From Candidatus Poribacteria bacterium (GTDB lineage Bacteria > Poribacteria > WGA-4E > WGA-3G): DNA of 64,000 nt. The translations under genes were made by a program, and so were the position numbers. The notes below the pieces were generated by a model. The model did not search any database, was not told where the DNA came from, and saw nothing but the letters and a program-made list of their open reading frames with translations. Below, in pieces: positions 8,678 through 19,527 of this stretch. Position 1 is the first letter of the stretch. Every line of letters starts with the position of its first letter. Location: NCBI GenBank assembly GCA_965215265.1, contig OZ244048.1, positions 2,112,001-2,176,000 of the forward strand, read 5' to 3'.

Positions 8678-11600
8678 ATGCGAACACCAAAACAGAAACT
8701 CCAAACGCTTCTCCAACAACTCTTCCGTACCGATGCCGCCGAACTCGACTTCGGCATCTACCGCATCATTAACTACCGCCGCAACCAAATCCAAAACTTT
8801 ATAGATACCGAGCTCCCCACCCTCATCAACGCCGCACTCCACGCAGACACACACGCAGAAAATGCACACCAACAGATAGAAACCCTCGCAAAACAGATAC
8901 AACAAACCCTCGGCGACACCGTCTTAGACGCAGACGGAAACCTGCTCAACGAGAACTTCAGACAAGCCCCACTTGTCCAGCAATACCTCACCGCAAAACA
9001 ACAACTCGGCACCCCCAGAACCCAAACCGAGCGCGCCGATGCCGTTTTCAATCACCTCTACACCTTTTTCTCACGCTACTACGAAAATGGCGACTTCCTC
9101 CCACGCAGACGCTACACGCAAACCCAACGATACGCCATCCCGTATAACGGCGAAGAAGTCTACCTCCACTGGGCAAACCGAGAACAATACTACGTCAAAA
9201 GCGGAGAACATTTCACCGGTTACACGTTCAAAGCCGAAGCGATTACCGTCACCTTCTCGCTCCGCACCATAGACATAGAAAAGGACAACGTCAAAGGCGC
9301 GAAACGCTTCTTTATTCCGCTCTCTGCCGAAACGCGGTATCACCCGGAAACCAAGCAGCTGGAGCTTCCGTTTGAACATCGTCCGCTCACTGATGCGGAA
9401 AAGAAGCGCTACGGCACGCAGAACCAGCAAGAGAAAATCCTTGATGCCGCTGAACCTGAAATCCTAGCAAACCTGAGCGCCCACTATGAAGTGCTGTCCG
9501 CCCTAGAGCGCCGCGCCGATGAACTAAGCCTGCTGAAGAAACACCTGCGCACCTACACACGCCGCAACACTGCGGACTTCTTCATCCACAAGGCGCTGAA
9601 GCGATTCCTGACGCGTGAGTTAGATGTATATCTAAAAAACGAGGTTATCCCTCTGTCTGGCTTTATACTTAACACATATCAAGGGGGGGGGCGGTACGGG
9701 CAAATGGAAACGGCCCCACGCCGCCACCTTGGCTTGAAACCGCACAACTCGTTCACCGCATCGCCACACAACTCATCCACTTCCTCGCAGACATAGAAGA
9801 ATTCCAGAAACGCCTCTGGCTCAAAAAGAAATTCGTCCTCTCTACCGACTACTGCCTCACGCTCGACCGGGTCCCGGAAGCGTTCTACCCCGAAATCGCT
9901 CACAACCGCGCACAACGCGAGGCGTGGCAGCACCTCTTCGCCATTGAGGATATCGCAGGCCACCTCATCAACACCCACTATTCTGAGCCGCTCACGGTGG
10001 AGTTCCTCAAGCAAAACCCGAACCTCGTTCTGGATACCTGCCACTTCGACGCAGACTTCAAAGACCGGCTGCTGGCACACTTCGACGAACTGGACGCCCA
10101 AACCGATGGACTGCTCATTCATGGAGAGAATTTCCAAGCGTTAAACCTCCTCACAGCGAAATACCGAGATGCCGTGAAAGCCATCTACATCGATCCGCCC
10201 TATAACACCAAAGGCTCCCCAATTTTGTATAAGAATGACTATAAAGATTCATCATGGATGTCCCTCATGGCTGACCGAATTGCTATTTCCCGGGAGTTAT
10301 TAACAAACAACGGTACCTTCTGTGCCGCCATTGATGACGTGGAAGCCCCTAACCTCCGGCACCTCCTCCAGCATCTCTTCGGCAAAGAGAACGAGCTCGG
10401 CATTGTTGCAGTCTGTTCCAATCCAGCGGGCAGACGAACTCCAACAGGCTTTGCTCCGGCCCACGAATATGCAATGTTTTTCAGTAAAACACAAAACTCG
10501 CGAATTAGTCCTTTGGAATATACAAAAGAACAACTCAATAGTTATAATCAAGTTGATGCCCAAGGACAAGTTTTCAAATGGGTGCCTCTTCTAAAAGGGA
10601 GCGACGCTGCTTCACGAAGAGAACTGCGGCCCCGATTGTTCTATCCAATCTTCGTCAGAGAAGATCAAATTAGAATTCCGCGCATGGAATGGGATGACGT
10701 TAGTCGACAATGGCAACTATTAGAATCTCCTCACCAAACTGAAACGGATGTCTGGCCAATTAATTCAAAAGGCGAAGAAATGAGATGGAAATACAAGGTT
10801 AAAACCTTACAAAAAAAGTTAGTTTCGTCTGAGCTTGCTGTGCATTTTGATCGAAATGACACTGTCAAAATTCAGATTAAATGGTACCTAAACAAAGAAG
10901 GTATACGACCTAAGACGTGGTGGGATAAAAAAGCATACTCAGCAACATCACATGGCTCCACTTTTTTAACAAGTATATTAGGCGATAATACAGCATTCCC
11001 GTTTCCCAAGTCTATCTATCTCGTAGAGGATTGCCTCCGCGTCTCTTCGCTGGGTAAAAACGATACTGTCTTAGACTACTTCGCAGGTTCTGGCACCACC
11101 GCCCACGCCACCATCAACCTGAACCGCCAAGACAACGGCAACAGGAAATATATTCTCGTTGAAATGGGACACCACTTCAACACCGCTCTCAAACCGCGAC
11201 TCCTCAAAGCCATATACGCACAAAACTGGAAACACGCAAAACCCACATCACGCCAAAGCACGCTCTCACACCTCTTCAAATACCAACGCATAGAATCCTA
11301 CGAAGACACTCTCAACAACATCCAGTTCAAAACACACCAAAATCCGCTCTTTGAAGAACCGATGCTACGCTACCTGTTAGGAAACGAAACCCATGAGAGC
11401 CCAACGCTGCTCAACATTGATAACCTCCAAACCCCGTTTCACTATCAACTCAACATCGTCACCGGGCTAAACACACAAACACAAACCATAGACATACCCG
11501 AAACCTTCACCTACCTGCTTGGACTCACCGTCAAAACCCGGCGCGTCTTCTACGATAAAGCCAGACGCTACCTCGTCTACCGTGGCACTCTCCAGACGAA

Positions 11601-11790
11601 GAGCGTCACGATTATCTGGCGAGAGACGCACGGCTGGCAACCGGAAGATTGGGAAAGAGACTCTCGTTTTATTCAACACCATAAACTCACGGAACACGCA
11701 GACACGCTCTATGTGAACACCGACAGCATCGTCCCCGAGGCAAAAGCGTTGGACGTGCTCTTCAAACAGTTAATGTTCAGCGAACCCTGA
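8678..11790 (+). CDS. mod: Type III R-M DNA methyltransferase (Mod), split by a 1-nt frameshift at a G9 tract
   Basis: The 5' ORF has LDFGIYRI and YNGEEVYLHWAN. The second frame is open from the tract on (FLADIEEFQKRLWLKKKFV), then has motif IV IYIDPPYN and motif I DYFAGSGTT. One extra G joins them into 1037 aa. Confidence 0.85.
9683..9691 (+). repeat. G9 homopolymer at the mod frameshift
   Basis: caaGGGGGGGGGcgg lies inside the only interval (9673-9796) where both frames are open. Confidence 0.9.
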
Positions 11791-11913
11791 ATTGGCAGAT
11801 GCGAAAATGTTACCGTTCCGCCTTTTTTTTTCTGGTGAATATGAGAGAAAACGCCTCTGCACCTATACAGGGCGTGCGTTCTCAACCAGATGCAACATGT
11901 TACCAAAAACAGC

Positions 11914-11939
11914 AAAACGTTACCAAACGGTAACGTTTT
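11914..11939. promoter_or_regulatory. Perfect inverted repeat (operator-like) just upstream of the RBS of the DUF2280-like gene
   Basis: AAAACGTTACC-aaac-GGTAACGTTTT; related half sites AAAATGTTACC (11804-11814) and AACATGTTACC (11894-11904). Confidence 0.6.
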
Positions 11940-11955
11940 AAGGAGAAATAAAAAG

Positions 11956-12693
11956 ATGAAATTTAAAGAAAAACACAAACAATTCGCCGTCAAATGCTAC
12001 GCACGATTTATGAAACGCTCTGATGTCCTTGCGGCATTCATGTCAGAATTTTTTGACGATGTATTGCAGCCACACCTCGAAGAAAGCCTTGAAGAGAACG
12101 CCTCGGTGGAGCTCATAGAAAAAGCGGCCGATTTATTCAAGGCATTAAACATGGAAATAGAAGCCACGGAGAAAAGAATGGAGTCGTGGAATCTCCCCCC
12201 AGAGTCGGATATCACCAGCGCCGACGTAATCACCAGCTTGGCATCCTATTTTGGAAACCCAGGACTGCCTAAGGAATTTATGATCACAGTCACCAACAAA
12301 CTCTCAGAGCAACTTCGCAGGTTCGACATTACCCATCGCCAATTTCCTAAAAAATACGAGACACTGTTTTACGAAACCCGCAGAGACTTTTGCGCCAGCT
12401 ACAACGATGCCAACCTGCAAAACGCAGATAACATCGCTACGGAATTGAACAACCGCTACGGCTACACCAAACAACTCGCCTTTCAAGAAGAAGAACCGGA
12501 AAAGGCCATAAAACACGTGAACCTCGCACACCAACTCCTCAAAACCCTGATTACCTACAAAGCACTCAACGCAGAGCAAAACCTCGTAGATGTCACCCCT
12601 GAAACTGCAAAAGACATCACGGAACCGCAGAAACATTTAACGCAACAATTAGAGGAAAACGCAGAAACAACAAACGGGAAACAACCGTCATGA
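11956..12693 (+). CDS. Hypothetical protein, weakly DUF2280-like (phage-associated)
   Basis: AGGAGA RBS at 11941-11946. KHKQFAVKCYARF..SDV and FDITHRQFPKKYETLFYETRRDF resemble the DUF2280 pattern with a central insertion. Confidence 0.5.
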   Translation: MKFKEKHKQFAVKCYARFMKRSDVLAAFMSEFFDDVLQPHLEESLEENASVELIEKAADLFKALNMEIEATEKRMESWNLPPESDITSADVITSLASYFGNPGLPKEFMITVTNKLSEQLRRFDITHRQFPKKYETLFYETRRDFCASYNDANLQNADNIATELNNRYGYTKQLAFQEEEPEKAIKHVNLAHQLLKTLITYKALNAEQNLVDVTPETAKDITEPQKHLTQQLEENAETTNGKQPS

Positions 12694-12757
12694 GTGTCCG
12701 AACAGCCCTTGTTGTCTTTCACTAAAGTAAATGTCTACTTTTCAAGGAATTCGCACT

Positions 12758-15700
12758 ATGTCAAAACCTCGCAACCTAGAAACCGAGCTCCTCCGCCATG
12801 CCTGGCTCAATCACAACTTCGGCTACAACACCACCGGCGAGCTGCTCCACGCCATGAAAAACGAAGCGGAACGCCTCAGCCAAGACGGAAACGCCGCCCT
12901 CACTGAAGCGCTCCGCGCACGCGCCACACCGCCAATCGCAGACGCACTCCCTACCTACGACGCAAACATCCAACGCCACCTCAATGCCATCAACCGCACC
13001 CGAACCCAACCCATCCGCCTCCGCTATTTCCAATACCTCGCACTCCTCTACACCGAAATCTGCCTCGATTGGACATTGAATAAACGCACCGCCTTCCTGC
13101 ACCACCTCAACGCCTTCGTCCAACAACGCAACGCCGACAAAGCCCCCGGCGAACCCCAACATGCCCGCTTCACCGACGCAGAACTAGATAAACTCGCCTT
13201 CTGGATGGCGACAGGCGCAGGCAAAACCCTCATTCTCCACATCAACTACCACCAGTTCCGACACTACTGCCAAACCCCGTTGGATGACATTCTGCTCATC
13301 ACGCCCAACGAGGCTTTGAGCGAACAACACCGGCGCGAACTCGCAAACTCTGACATCCCCGCAGAACGCTTCCAAATGCACCGAAACCGCATCGCACACA
13401 CACACAACGCCATACAGATACTCGAAATCACAAAACTCGTCATCCAAAAAACAGGAGAAGGCGACACCATACCCGTTGAGGCGTTTGAGGGCAACAACCT
13501 TATTTTCGTTGATGAGGGACACAAAGGCACCGGCGGAGATGTCTGGCGCCACCTTCGCCAACAACTCGCCCAGACAGGCTTCACCTTTGAATACAGCGCC
13601 ACCTTCGGACAAGCGCTCGCCGCCGCAAAAAACCGAGAACGCGTTGAGGAATACGGCAAAGCCATCGTCTTCGACTATTCATACCGCCACTTTTACGCAG
13701 ACGGCTACGGAAAAGACTTCCGCATCCTCAACCTCAAACACGACGAACACACCCAAACCGAGACGCTCCTCCTCGCCAATCTCCTCGCTTTTTACCAACA
13801 GCACCACTACTTCACACACAACCGAGACAGCGCACACACCTATGGATTAGACGCACCTCTCTGGGCGTTCGTCGGCAGCAAAGTCAACGCCGTCTATACC
13901 GAAAAGCACACAAAACGCTCCGATGTCCTCAAAGTCCTCCGATTCCTCCACCGATTCCTAAAAAACCCGCACAACTGGGCCATCCGCACCCTCGCCAAAA
14001 TCCTGAATGGAGAGAGCGGCCTCACCGATGAAAACGGCACCGATGTGTTCGCCAACCAATTCCTGCTGCTCTCTCAACTTCACAAAACCCCAGCCGACAT
14101 ATACACCGCCATCCTCACAGAAGTCTTCCATACCGATACCCGTGGCGCACTGCATCTCTCTCACATCCGAAACGCACCCGGCGAAATCGCACTCAAAACC
14201 ACACACGGCCGCCAGCACTTCGGACTGCTCTACATCGGCGATACCGCTTCCTTCAAAAAACTCGTTGAAACCGATGATGCCGCCATCGTCTTCGACACCG
14301 ATAATCTCATCACGGAGAGCCTTTTCACCCACATCAACACGCCCACGAGCCCCATCAATCTGCTCATCGGCGCCAAAAAGTTCATAGAGGGCTGGGACAG
14401 CTGGCGTGTCACCGCCATGGGACTGCTCAACATCGGCAGGCAAGAAGGCGCACAAATCATACAACTCTTCGGGCGCGGAGTGCGCCTGCGCGGCAAACAG
14501 ATGAACCTAAAACGCAGCAGCGCCCTCGACGGCGAACATCCACCCCATCTCCGGCTATTGGAAACCCTTAACATCTTCGCCGTCCGGGCAAACTTCATGG
14601 CACAATTCCGAGAATACCTCACCCGTGAAGGTATCCCTGCAGAAGAACCTGTCCACATAGAAATCCCCATCAAACCCAACAAAGATTGGCTACAGACACC
14701 GCTGTTTGTCCCAGAAGTCCCAGCCTACCGCGACACCGCAAAAGACACCTGCGTGCCCTTAGCCGTCAACCCAGGCATCTATATCACCCATCGCACCCAA
14801 ACCGTTGAAATCCTACAAAGTCGCAACACCGAAAGCATACAAGACAGCACCGCACAACCCGCCATAACCCACGCACACATCCCACACGACAGCCTCAACC
14901 TCCTCAACTGGGAAGCAATCTACCTCCAACTCATCGAATACAAACAGCAAAAGCAGTATCACAATCTCATCTTCGATACCCCCACCCTCAAACGCATCAT
15001 CGCCCCAGACGCTGGCACCTATCAACTCGCCATCAGAGACGAAACTGAAATCAGCCCCACGTCTCTCACAGAACTCGCCCGGGTAGAGCAGCTCGTCCTC
15101 ACACTGCTCCGCAAGTATCTCACCAAATTCTACGGCACCATCCAGAAACGGTGGAGTGAGCATCACATCCGCCTCCGCATCTTAGACGAAAAAGACACGA
15201 ACTTCACCAACTGGCGCGTCGCCATCTCCCAAAACAACGCACAGGAACTGGTGCCGCACCTCACAGCCCTCATAGAGGCTGGCACCATCTACGGCCCCGA
15301 CTTCACCGCGCTACCCACCGCCTATAACGAATGCCACCTCTACCAACCCCTCCTCGCCGAGGACAACCGCACCATAGAACGCACCACCCCACCCCCTTTG
15401 AACGCAAGCGAAAAAGCGTTTGTCGAAGATATGCACCGATACATCCGAAAACATCACAACAGAAAACAGATTGTCCTCTTACGCAACCACAGCCGAGGCA
15501 AAGGCATCGGATTCTACCAAAACCACGGATTCTACCCCGACTTCATCCTCTGGATACTTCACGACGGCAAACAACGCATCGTCTTCATTGAACCGCACGG
15601 CCTGATGCATGAAGCCATCAACCCACACAACGAGAAAATCATGCTATTCAAAACACTCCGCCACATCAGCAGCGATACACGGTTCCGCAGTCAGTCCGTC

Positions 15701-15850
15701 GAAATGGATGCCTATATCATCTCCCACACCGATTTCACACAGATGCAGAAAAAATGCGGGTTCGACAAACAGACGTTCGAGCAGTGGCATATCCTTTTCC
15801 CAAACCCTACCGATACCACATACCTCGAACCAATTTTCAGACAGACGTAA
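12758..15850 (+). CDS. res: Type III R-M restriction subunit (Res; SF2 ATPase plus PD-(D/E)xK nuclease)
   Basis: FWMATGAGKT, VDEGH, EYSATFGQ, FIEGWD, QLFGRGVRL and C-terminal FYPDFILW..FIEPHG; downstream of mod. Confidence 0.88.
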   Translation: MSKPRNLETELLRHAWLNHNFGYNTTGELLHAMKNEAERLSQDGNAALTEALRARATPPIADALPTYDANIQRHLNAINRTRTQPIRLRYFQYLALLYTEICLDWTLNKRTAFLHHLNAFVQQRNADKAPGEPQHARFTDAELDKLAFWMATGAGKTLILHINYHQFRHYCQTPLDDILLITPNEALSEQHRRELANSDIPAERFQMHRNRIAHTHNAIQILEITKLVIQKTGEGDTIPVEAFEGNNLIFVDEGHKGTGGDVWRHLRQQLAQTGFTFEYSATFGQALAAAKNRERVEEYGKAIVFDYSYRHFYADGYGKDFRILNLKHDEHTQTETLLLANLLAFYQQHHYFTHNRDSAHTYGLDAPLWAFVGSKVNAVYTEKHTKRSDVLKVLRFLHRFLKNPHNWAIRTLAKILNGESGLTDENGTDVFANQFLLLSQLHKTPADIYTAILTEVFHTDTRGALHLSHIRNAPGEIALKTTHGRQHFGLLYIGDTASFKKLVETDDAAIVFDTDNLITESLFTHINTPTSPINLLIGAKKFIEGWDSWRVTAMGLLNIGRQEGAQIIQLFGRGVRLRGKQMNLKRSSALDGEHPPHLRLLETLNIFAVRANFMAQFREYLTREGIPAEEPVHIEIPIKPNKDWLQTPLFVPEVPAYRDTAKDTCVPLAVNPGIYITHRTQTVEILQSRNTESIQDSTAQPAITHAHIPHDSLNLLNWEAIYLQLIEYKQQKQYHNLIFDTPTLKRIIAPDAGTYQLAIRDETEISPTSLTELARVEQLVLTLLRKYLTKFYGTIQKRWSEHHIRLRILDEKDTNFTNWRVAISQNNAQELVPHLTALIEAGTIYGPDFTALPTAYNECHLYQPLLAEDNRTIERTTPPPLNASEKAFVEDMHRYIRKHHNRKQIVLLRNHSRGKGIGFYQNHGFYPDFILWILHDGKQRIVFIEPHGLMHEAINPHNEKIMLFKTLRHISSDTRFRSQSVEMDAYIISHTDFTQMQKKCGFDKQTFEQWHILFPNPTDTTYLEPIFRQT

Positions 15851-15946
15851 AAAAACTTGCCAATTAACCCAAAAATCGATTATTATAAACATGATATCTT
15901 GAGGTTTTTAACTTGTTTAGAGAAACAGAAATCAGATTAGCAGCCA

Positions 15947-17119
15947 ATGAATGAACAGAACCTCCTTCAACAACTCACAGATTTTTGTCGCTTACTTCGG
16001 CAGATGGGTGTCAATGTCACCACCACGAATCAGCTCAGTTGGTGCAAAAGCGTTAACTTGATAGAGCTCAGTGAACGGGAGATTTTCTATCACACAGCAC
16101 GCACCAATCTCATCGCCGCCGAAGCCGATATAGAGACGTTCGACCTGGCGTTTAACCTATTTTGGCGGTATCCCAGACCTGAACTCCACACTCTCGAACC
16201 TGAAGCCGATCGCACAGAACCTTTAGCACTGCAAGATCTCGCCGACGACAACAGTCCCGGAGACGACACCCTCCAACAGTGGATAGACTACGATGAAAAA
16301 CAGCACGAAGAAGGCGATGATGACAACACCATCGCGTATAGTGACGAGGAGATACTCACCCAGAAGGATTTTAGCGACTTCACAGAAGAAGATATGGAAA
16401 AAGCACGCCAGATTATCGCGAAGTTGGCAGCACACCTAGCCACAAAACTTAGCCGACGAAAGGTGACCGGCCCCAACGGGCGCACCATCGATTTTCGACA
16501 AAGCTGGCGAAAAAACATCGCACACGGCGGAGAACCCCTCACATTAATCCGAAAACAGAAAAAAATTAAGAAAAACAAAATTCTACTACTCTGTGATGTC
16601 AGCGGCTCAATGGATTGCTACGCCAAATTCCTTATACAGTTTGTTTACGGCATGCAACAGACCTTTAACATGAACGGACGAGACGTTGAAGTCGCAGTCT
16701 TTAGTACCCACATGACCGACGTTACCGGGCTACTCCGCAGAAAAGGATTAGCAGATGGCTTAGAGGCATTGGCAACAGTTGTTACCGACTGGTCCGGAGG
16801 AACCAAAATCGGTGAAAGCCTCTTGGCGTTTTATCGGCAGTTCGCAGCCTCCTTCTCAGCCTACCGGACAGTCGTCATACTCATTAGCGACGGCTGGGAT
16901 CGAGGAGACACAGAGCTCCTCCAACGGGCTATGGAGATGTTGCATCGCCACGCATACCGGCTCATCTGGCTTAATCCTCTGCTCGGCAGCGATGGGTATC
17001 AGCCCATTTGCCGCGGCATCCGCACCGCATTACCGTACGTCGATTACTTCCTACCAGCGCACAATCTCGAAAGTTTAGCCCAGTTGACAAAGGTATTAAT
17101 GCCGCTCTGGGCACGATAA
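15947..17119 (+). CDS. VWA domain protein, CoxE-like
   Basis: CDVSGSM MIDAS, WSGGTKIG, ISDGWDRG, IWLNPL. Confidence 0.9.
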   Translation: MNEQNLLQQLTDFCRLLRQMGVNVTTTNQLSWCKSVNLIELSEREIFYHTARTNLIAAEADIETFDLAFNLFWRYPRPELHTLEPEADRTEPLALQDLADDNSPGDDTLQQWIDYDEKQHEEGDDDNTIAYSDEEILTQKDFSDFTEEDMEKARQIIAKLAAHLATKLSRRKVTGPNGRTIDFRQSWRKNIAHGGEPLTLIRKQKKIKKNKILLLCDVSGSMDCYAKFLIQFVYGMQQTFNMNGRDVEVAVFSTHMTDVTGLLRRKGLADGLEALATVVTDWSGGTKIGESLLAFYRQFAASFSAYRTVVILISDGWDRGDTELLQRAMEMLHRHAYRLIWLNPLLGSDGYQPICRGIRTALPYVDYFLPAHNLESLAQLTKVLMPLWAR

Positions 17120-17168
17120 ATTAAAGCAGCCAACCAGAGCTGACGCACAAAAATAAGGAATCATAACC

Positions 17169-18296
17169 ATGCAAGTCCAAGCAGCGCTGATGCTCCAACC
17201 AGGGCAGATAGAACTCCGCGAATTTGAGAAACCGAACCCAGAAACCGACGCACTCCTGCTACAAGTTGATTCAGTCGGAATCTGCGGCAGCGATAAGCAC
17301 ATGTACCTCGGACACACCAACTTGAAATTTCCAGTCATTCCGGGACATGAAGTCGTCGGAACCGTTGCTGAAATTGGCAGTCAGGCGAATGACGTTATGA
17401 ACGTCATCGGCGGACCCATCAAGGCCGGAGATCGCATCACCGTCGTCCCCGGTTCAAAGAACTGCGGAAGCTGTTATTACTGCTTGCGGGTGCCAGGACG
17501 CCCTACCCTCTGCACCAGTAGAACAATTTACGGATTCAGCAACAGCGAAACTCCACCCTATCTCACAGGTGAATTCTCCGAGTACACCTATATCCATGGA
17601 AACTCGTGGGTCTACAAGATACCTCACACCCTCCCAGAGGAAATTCCAGTTTTAACAGAGCCGGTCGCAGTCGCGACACGCACTGTTGAACGCGCCTTTG
17701 CACCAGGACTGCCCCATATCGGCGATGGAATGGGCATTGGCAGCCGAGTCGCCGTACTCGGATGCGGACCGATCGGGCTGCTCGTGATTGCAGTACTCCG
17801 CGATAGCGGCGCAGGCACAATCATCGCTACAGATCTGGTCGAGAGCCGCCTGGAAATGGCACAACGGATGGGCGCAGATCTGACCATCAACGCAGCAGAT
17901 ACCACACCCGAACAACGGATTGAACACATTCAGCAAATCACAGACGGTGTCGGCGTGGACATCGCTATTGAGTGCGCAGGAATACCGCAGGTCTTCTCTG
18001 AAGCCGTTGATGTTGTACGACGCGGCGGAAAACTCGTTGAAGTCGGACACTATACCGATTCAGGCAAAACGGCAATACGGCCACATCAAATTTGCAACAA
18101 AGACCTCGATATCTCCGGTGTCTGGGCATATCCGCAAATCCAATTTCAGACAGCCATAGAATTCCTACAGCGAACACGTGCACCCTTGGACGAACTCATA
18201 ACCCATCACCTCCCCTTGCACCAACTCGAAAACGGAATTGAGATGCTCGGGCAAGAAAACGTTTATAAAGTTGTAATCAAACCACACAGACTTTAA
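17169..18296 (+). CDS. Zinc-dependent alcohol/polyol dehydrogenase (MDR family)
   Basis: GICGSD, GHEVVG, structural Zn CGSCYYC..C, GCGPIG NAD-binding motif. Confidence 0.92.
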   Translation: MQVQAALMLQPGQIELREFEKPNPETDALLLQVDSVGICGSDKHMYLGHTNLKFPVIPGHEVVGTVAEIGSQANDVMNVIGGPIKAGDRITVVPGSKNCGSCYYCLRVPGRPTLCTSRTIYGFSNSETPPYLTGEFSEYTYIHGNSWVYKIPHTLPEEIPVLTEPVAVATRTVERAFAPGLPHIGDGMGIGSRVAVLGCGPIGLLVIAVLRDSGAGTIIATDLVESRLEMAQRMGADLTINAADTTPEQRIEHIQQITDGVGVDIAIECAGIPQVFSEAVDVVRRGGKLVEVGHYTDSGKTAIRPHQICNKDLDISGVWAYPQIQFQTAIEFLQRTRAPLDELITHHLPLHQLENGIEMLGQENVYKVVIKPHRL

Positions 18297-18306
18297 GGGG
18301 AAAACG

Positions 18307-19293
18307 ATGAAAAATTCCACACTCACATCCCGCAACTCGCAAAAATTTCACATCTGGTCCACCATAGCGTTAATCTTCTTTCTTTCGAACCCACAACTCT
18401 TTGCCGCTGACGCTACGGAGGAACCCTTACTCTACAAAACAATAGAAGGTACCAAGAAATACATTGTCGAACAGCAAAATCGCGACGGCGGCTGGCCACT
18501 ATTACCCGGGAACGAGAGCGAAGTCGAAACCACAGCGTTCGCAATTTGGGCGCTTATCGACGCAGGCTGGGGCACCGGCTCACAAGTCATCCGAATGGGC
18601 ATCGCATATCTCAGACACGCACAGCAGGACAACGGCAGCTGGAATAACAACACAGCACACACCGCATTCGCACTCATCGCATTGTCCACGGCTGAAACGG
18701 ACCCAGAGGCACGCTTTGAAGGACTACAATGGCTACGCAAAGCGCAGAACCCTGATGGCAGCTGGGCTAAACAGCCACGAAGTCCTAACAACATCCTTTA
18801 TACTGCCGCTGTACTAACTGCGTTCAAAAGACTCGGTTTCAAAGGAAACTTTGAACCAGTCTCTAAAGGCACCGATTGGCTCGCCGAACGGATTAATTTT
18901 GATGGCGGCTGGGCACACAATCGCGGGCAGCGATCCGACGTTTTTTTGACCGCCTGGGTCCTGCAAGCATTATCCACTGTCTACGATGTTGATACCCAAA
19001 TCGCATGGATAAAACAGATGCAGAACCTCGACGGCGGCTTCGGGCAATATAAGAATACCAATAGCGATGCAGAGGTGACTGCACTCGCAATTATGGCACT
19101 CGCCGCCGGCAATGACCCACTCAATACAAGACGCGTCGCAATCAACTATTTAACGCGCACCCAACAACCCGATGGCGGGTTTGTCAGCGATACACCCAGC
19201 GAACTCACCCAACCCACCGCAAACCTGCAGTCCACCTGTTTCGTACTCATCGCTATCTACACAAAAGGGGACGAGGAAACAACCCCAGAGTAA
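18307..19293 (+). CDS. Secreted prenyltransferase/squalene-oxidase (QW) repeat protein
   Basis: Signal peptide; repeats QNRDGGW, QQDNGSW, QNPDGSW, INFDGGW, QNLDGGF, QQPDGGF. Confidence 0.85.
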   Translation: MKNSTLTSRNSQKFHIWSTIALIFFLSNPQLFAADATEEPLLYKTIEGTKKYIVEQQNRDGGWPLLPGNESEVETTAFAIWALIDAGWGTGSQVIRMGIAYLRHAQQDNGSWNNNTAHTAFALIALSTAETDPEARFEGLQWLRKAQNPDGSWAKQPRSPNNILYTAAVLTAFKRLGFKGNFEPVSKGTDWLAERINFDGGWAHNRGQRSDVFLTAWVLQALSTVYDVDTQIAWIKQMQNLDGGFGQYKNTNSDAEVTALAIMALAAGNDPLNTRRVAINYLTRTQQPDGGFVSDTPSELTQPTANLQSTCFVLIAIYTKGDEETTPE

Positions 19294-19527
19294 CCGCACA
19301 TGCCTACCAGAGAAGTTACGCCACCGATGATATCCACACACCCACCGGCAAAACCACAGACTGCTATCGCTTTGCAAGCCGTGCACCCTTTTTCGCCCCC
19401 TCCGGCGTTGATTCATCCGTGACGAGCCGCAAAACCAATGCCCGTTCCCGAGACATCTCAGCCCTAGAACAGCCCCATAATCGCATCCAGTATCAGAAAC
19501 AGCCTCATCTCCTTCCCTTCTGAAAAA

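Noticed and set aside
15580-15605. Res nuclease motif IEPHG instead of ExK as a sign of inactivation
   Set aside because: I recall the His variant in other Res proteins of this subfamily; not evidence of loss without an alignment.
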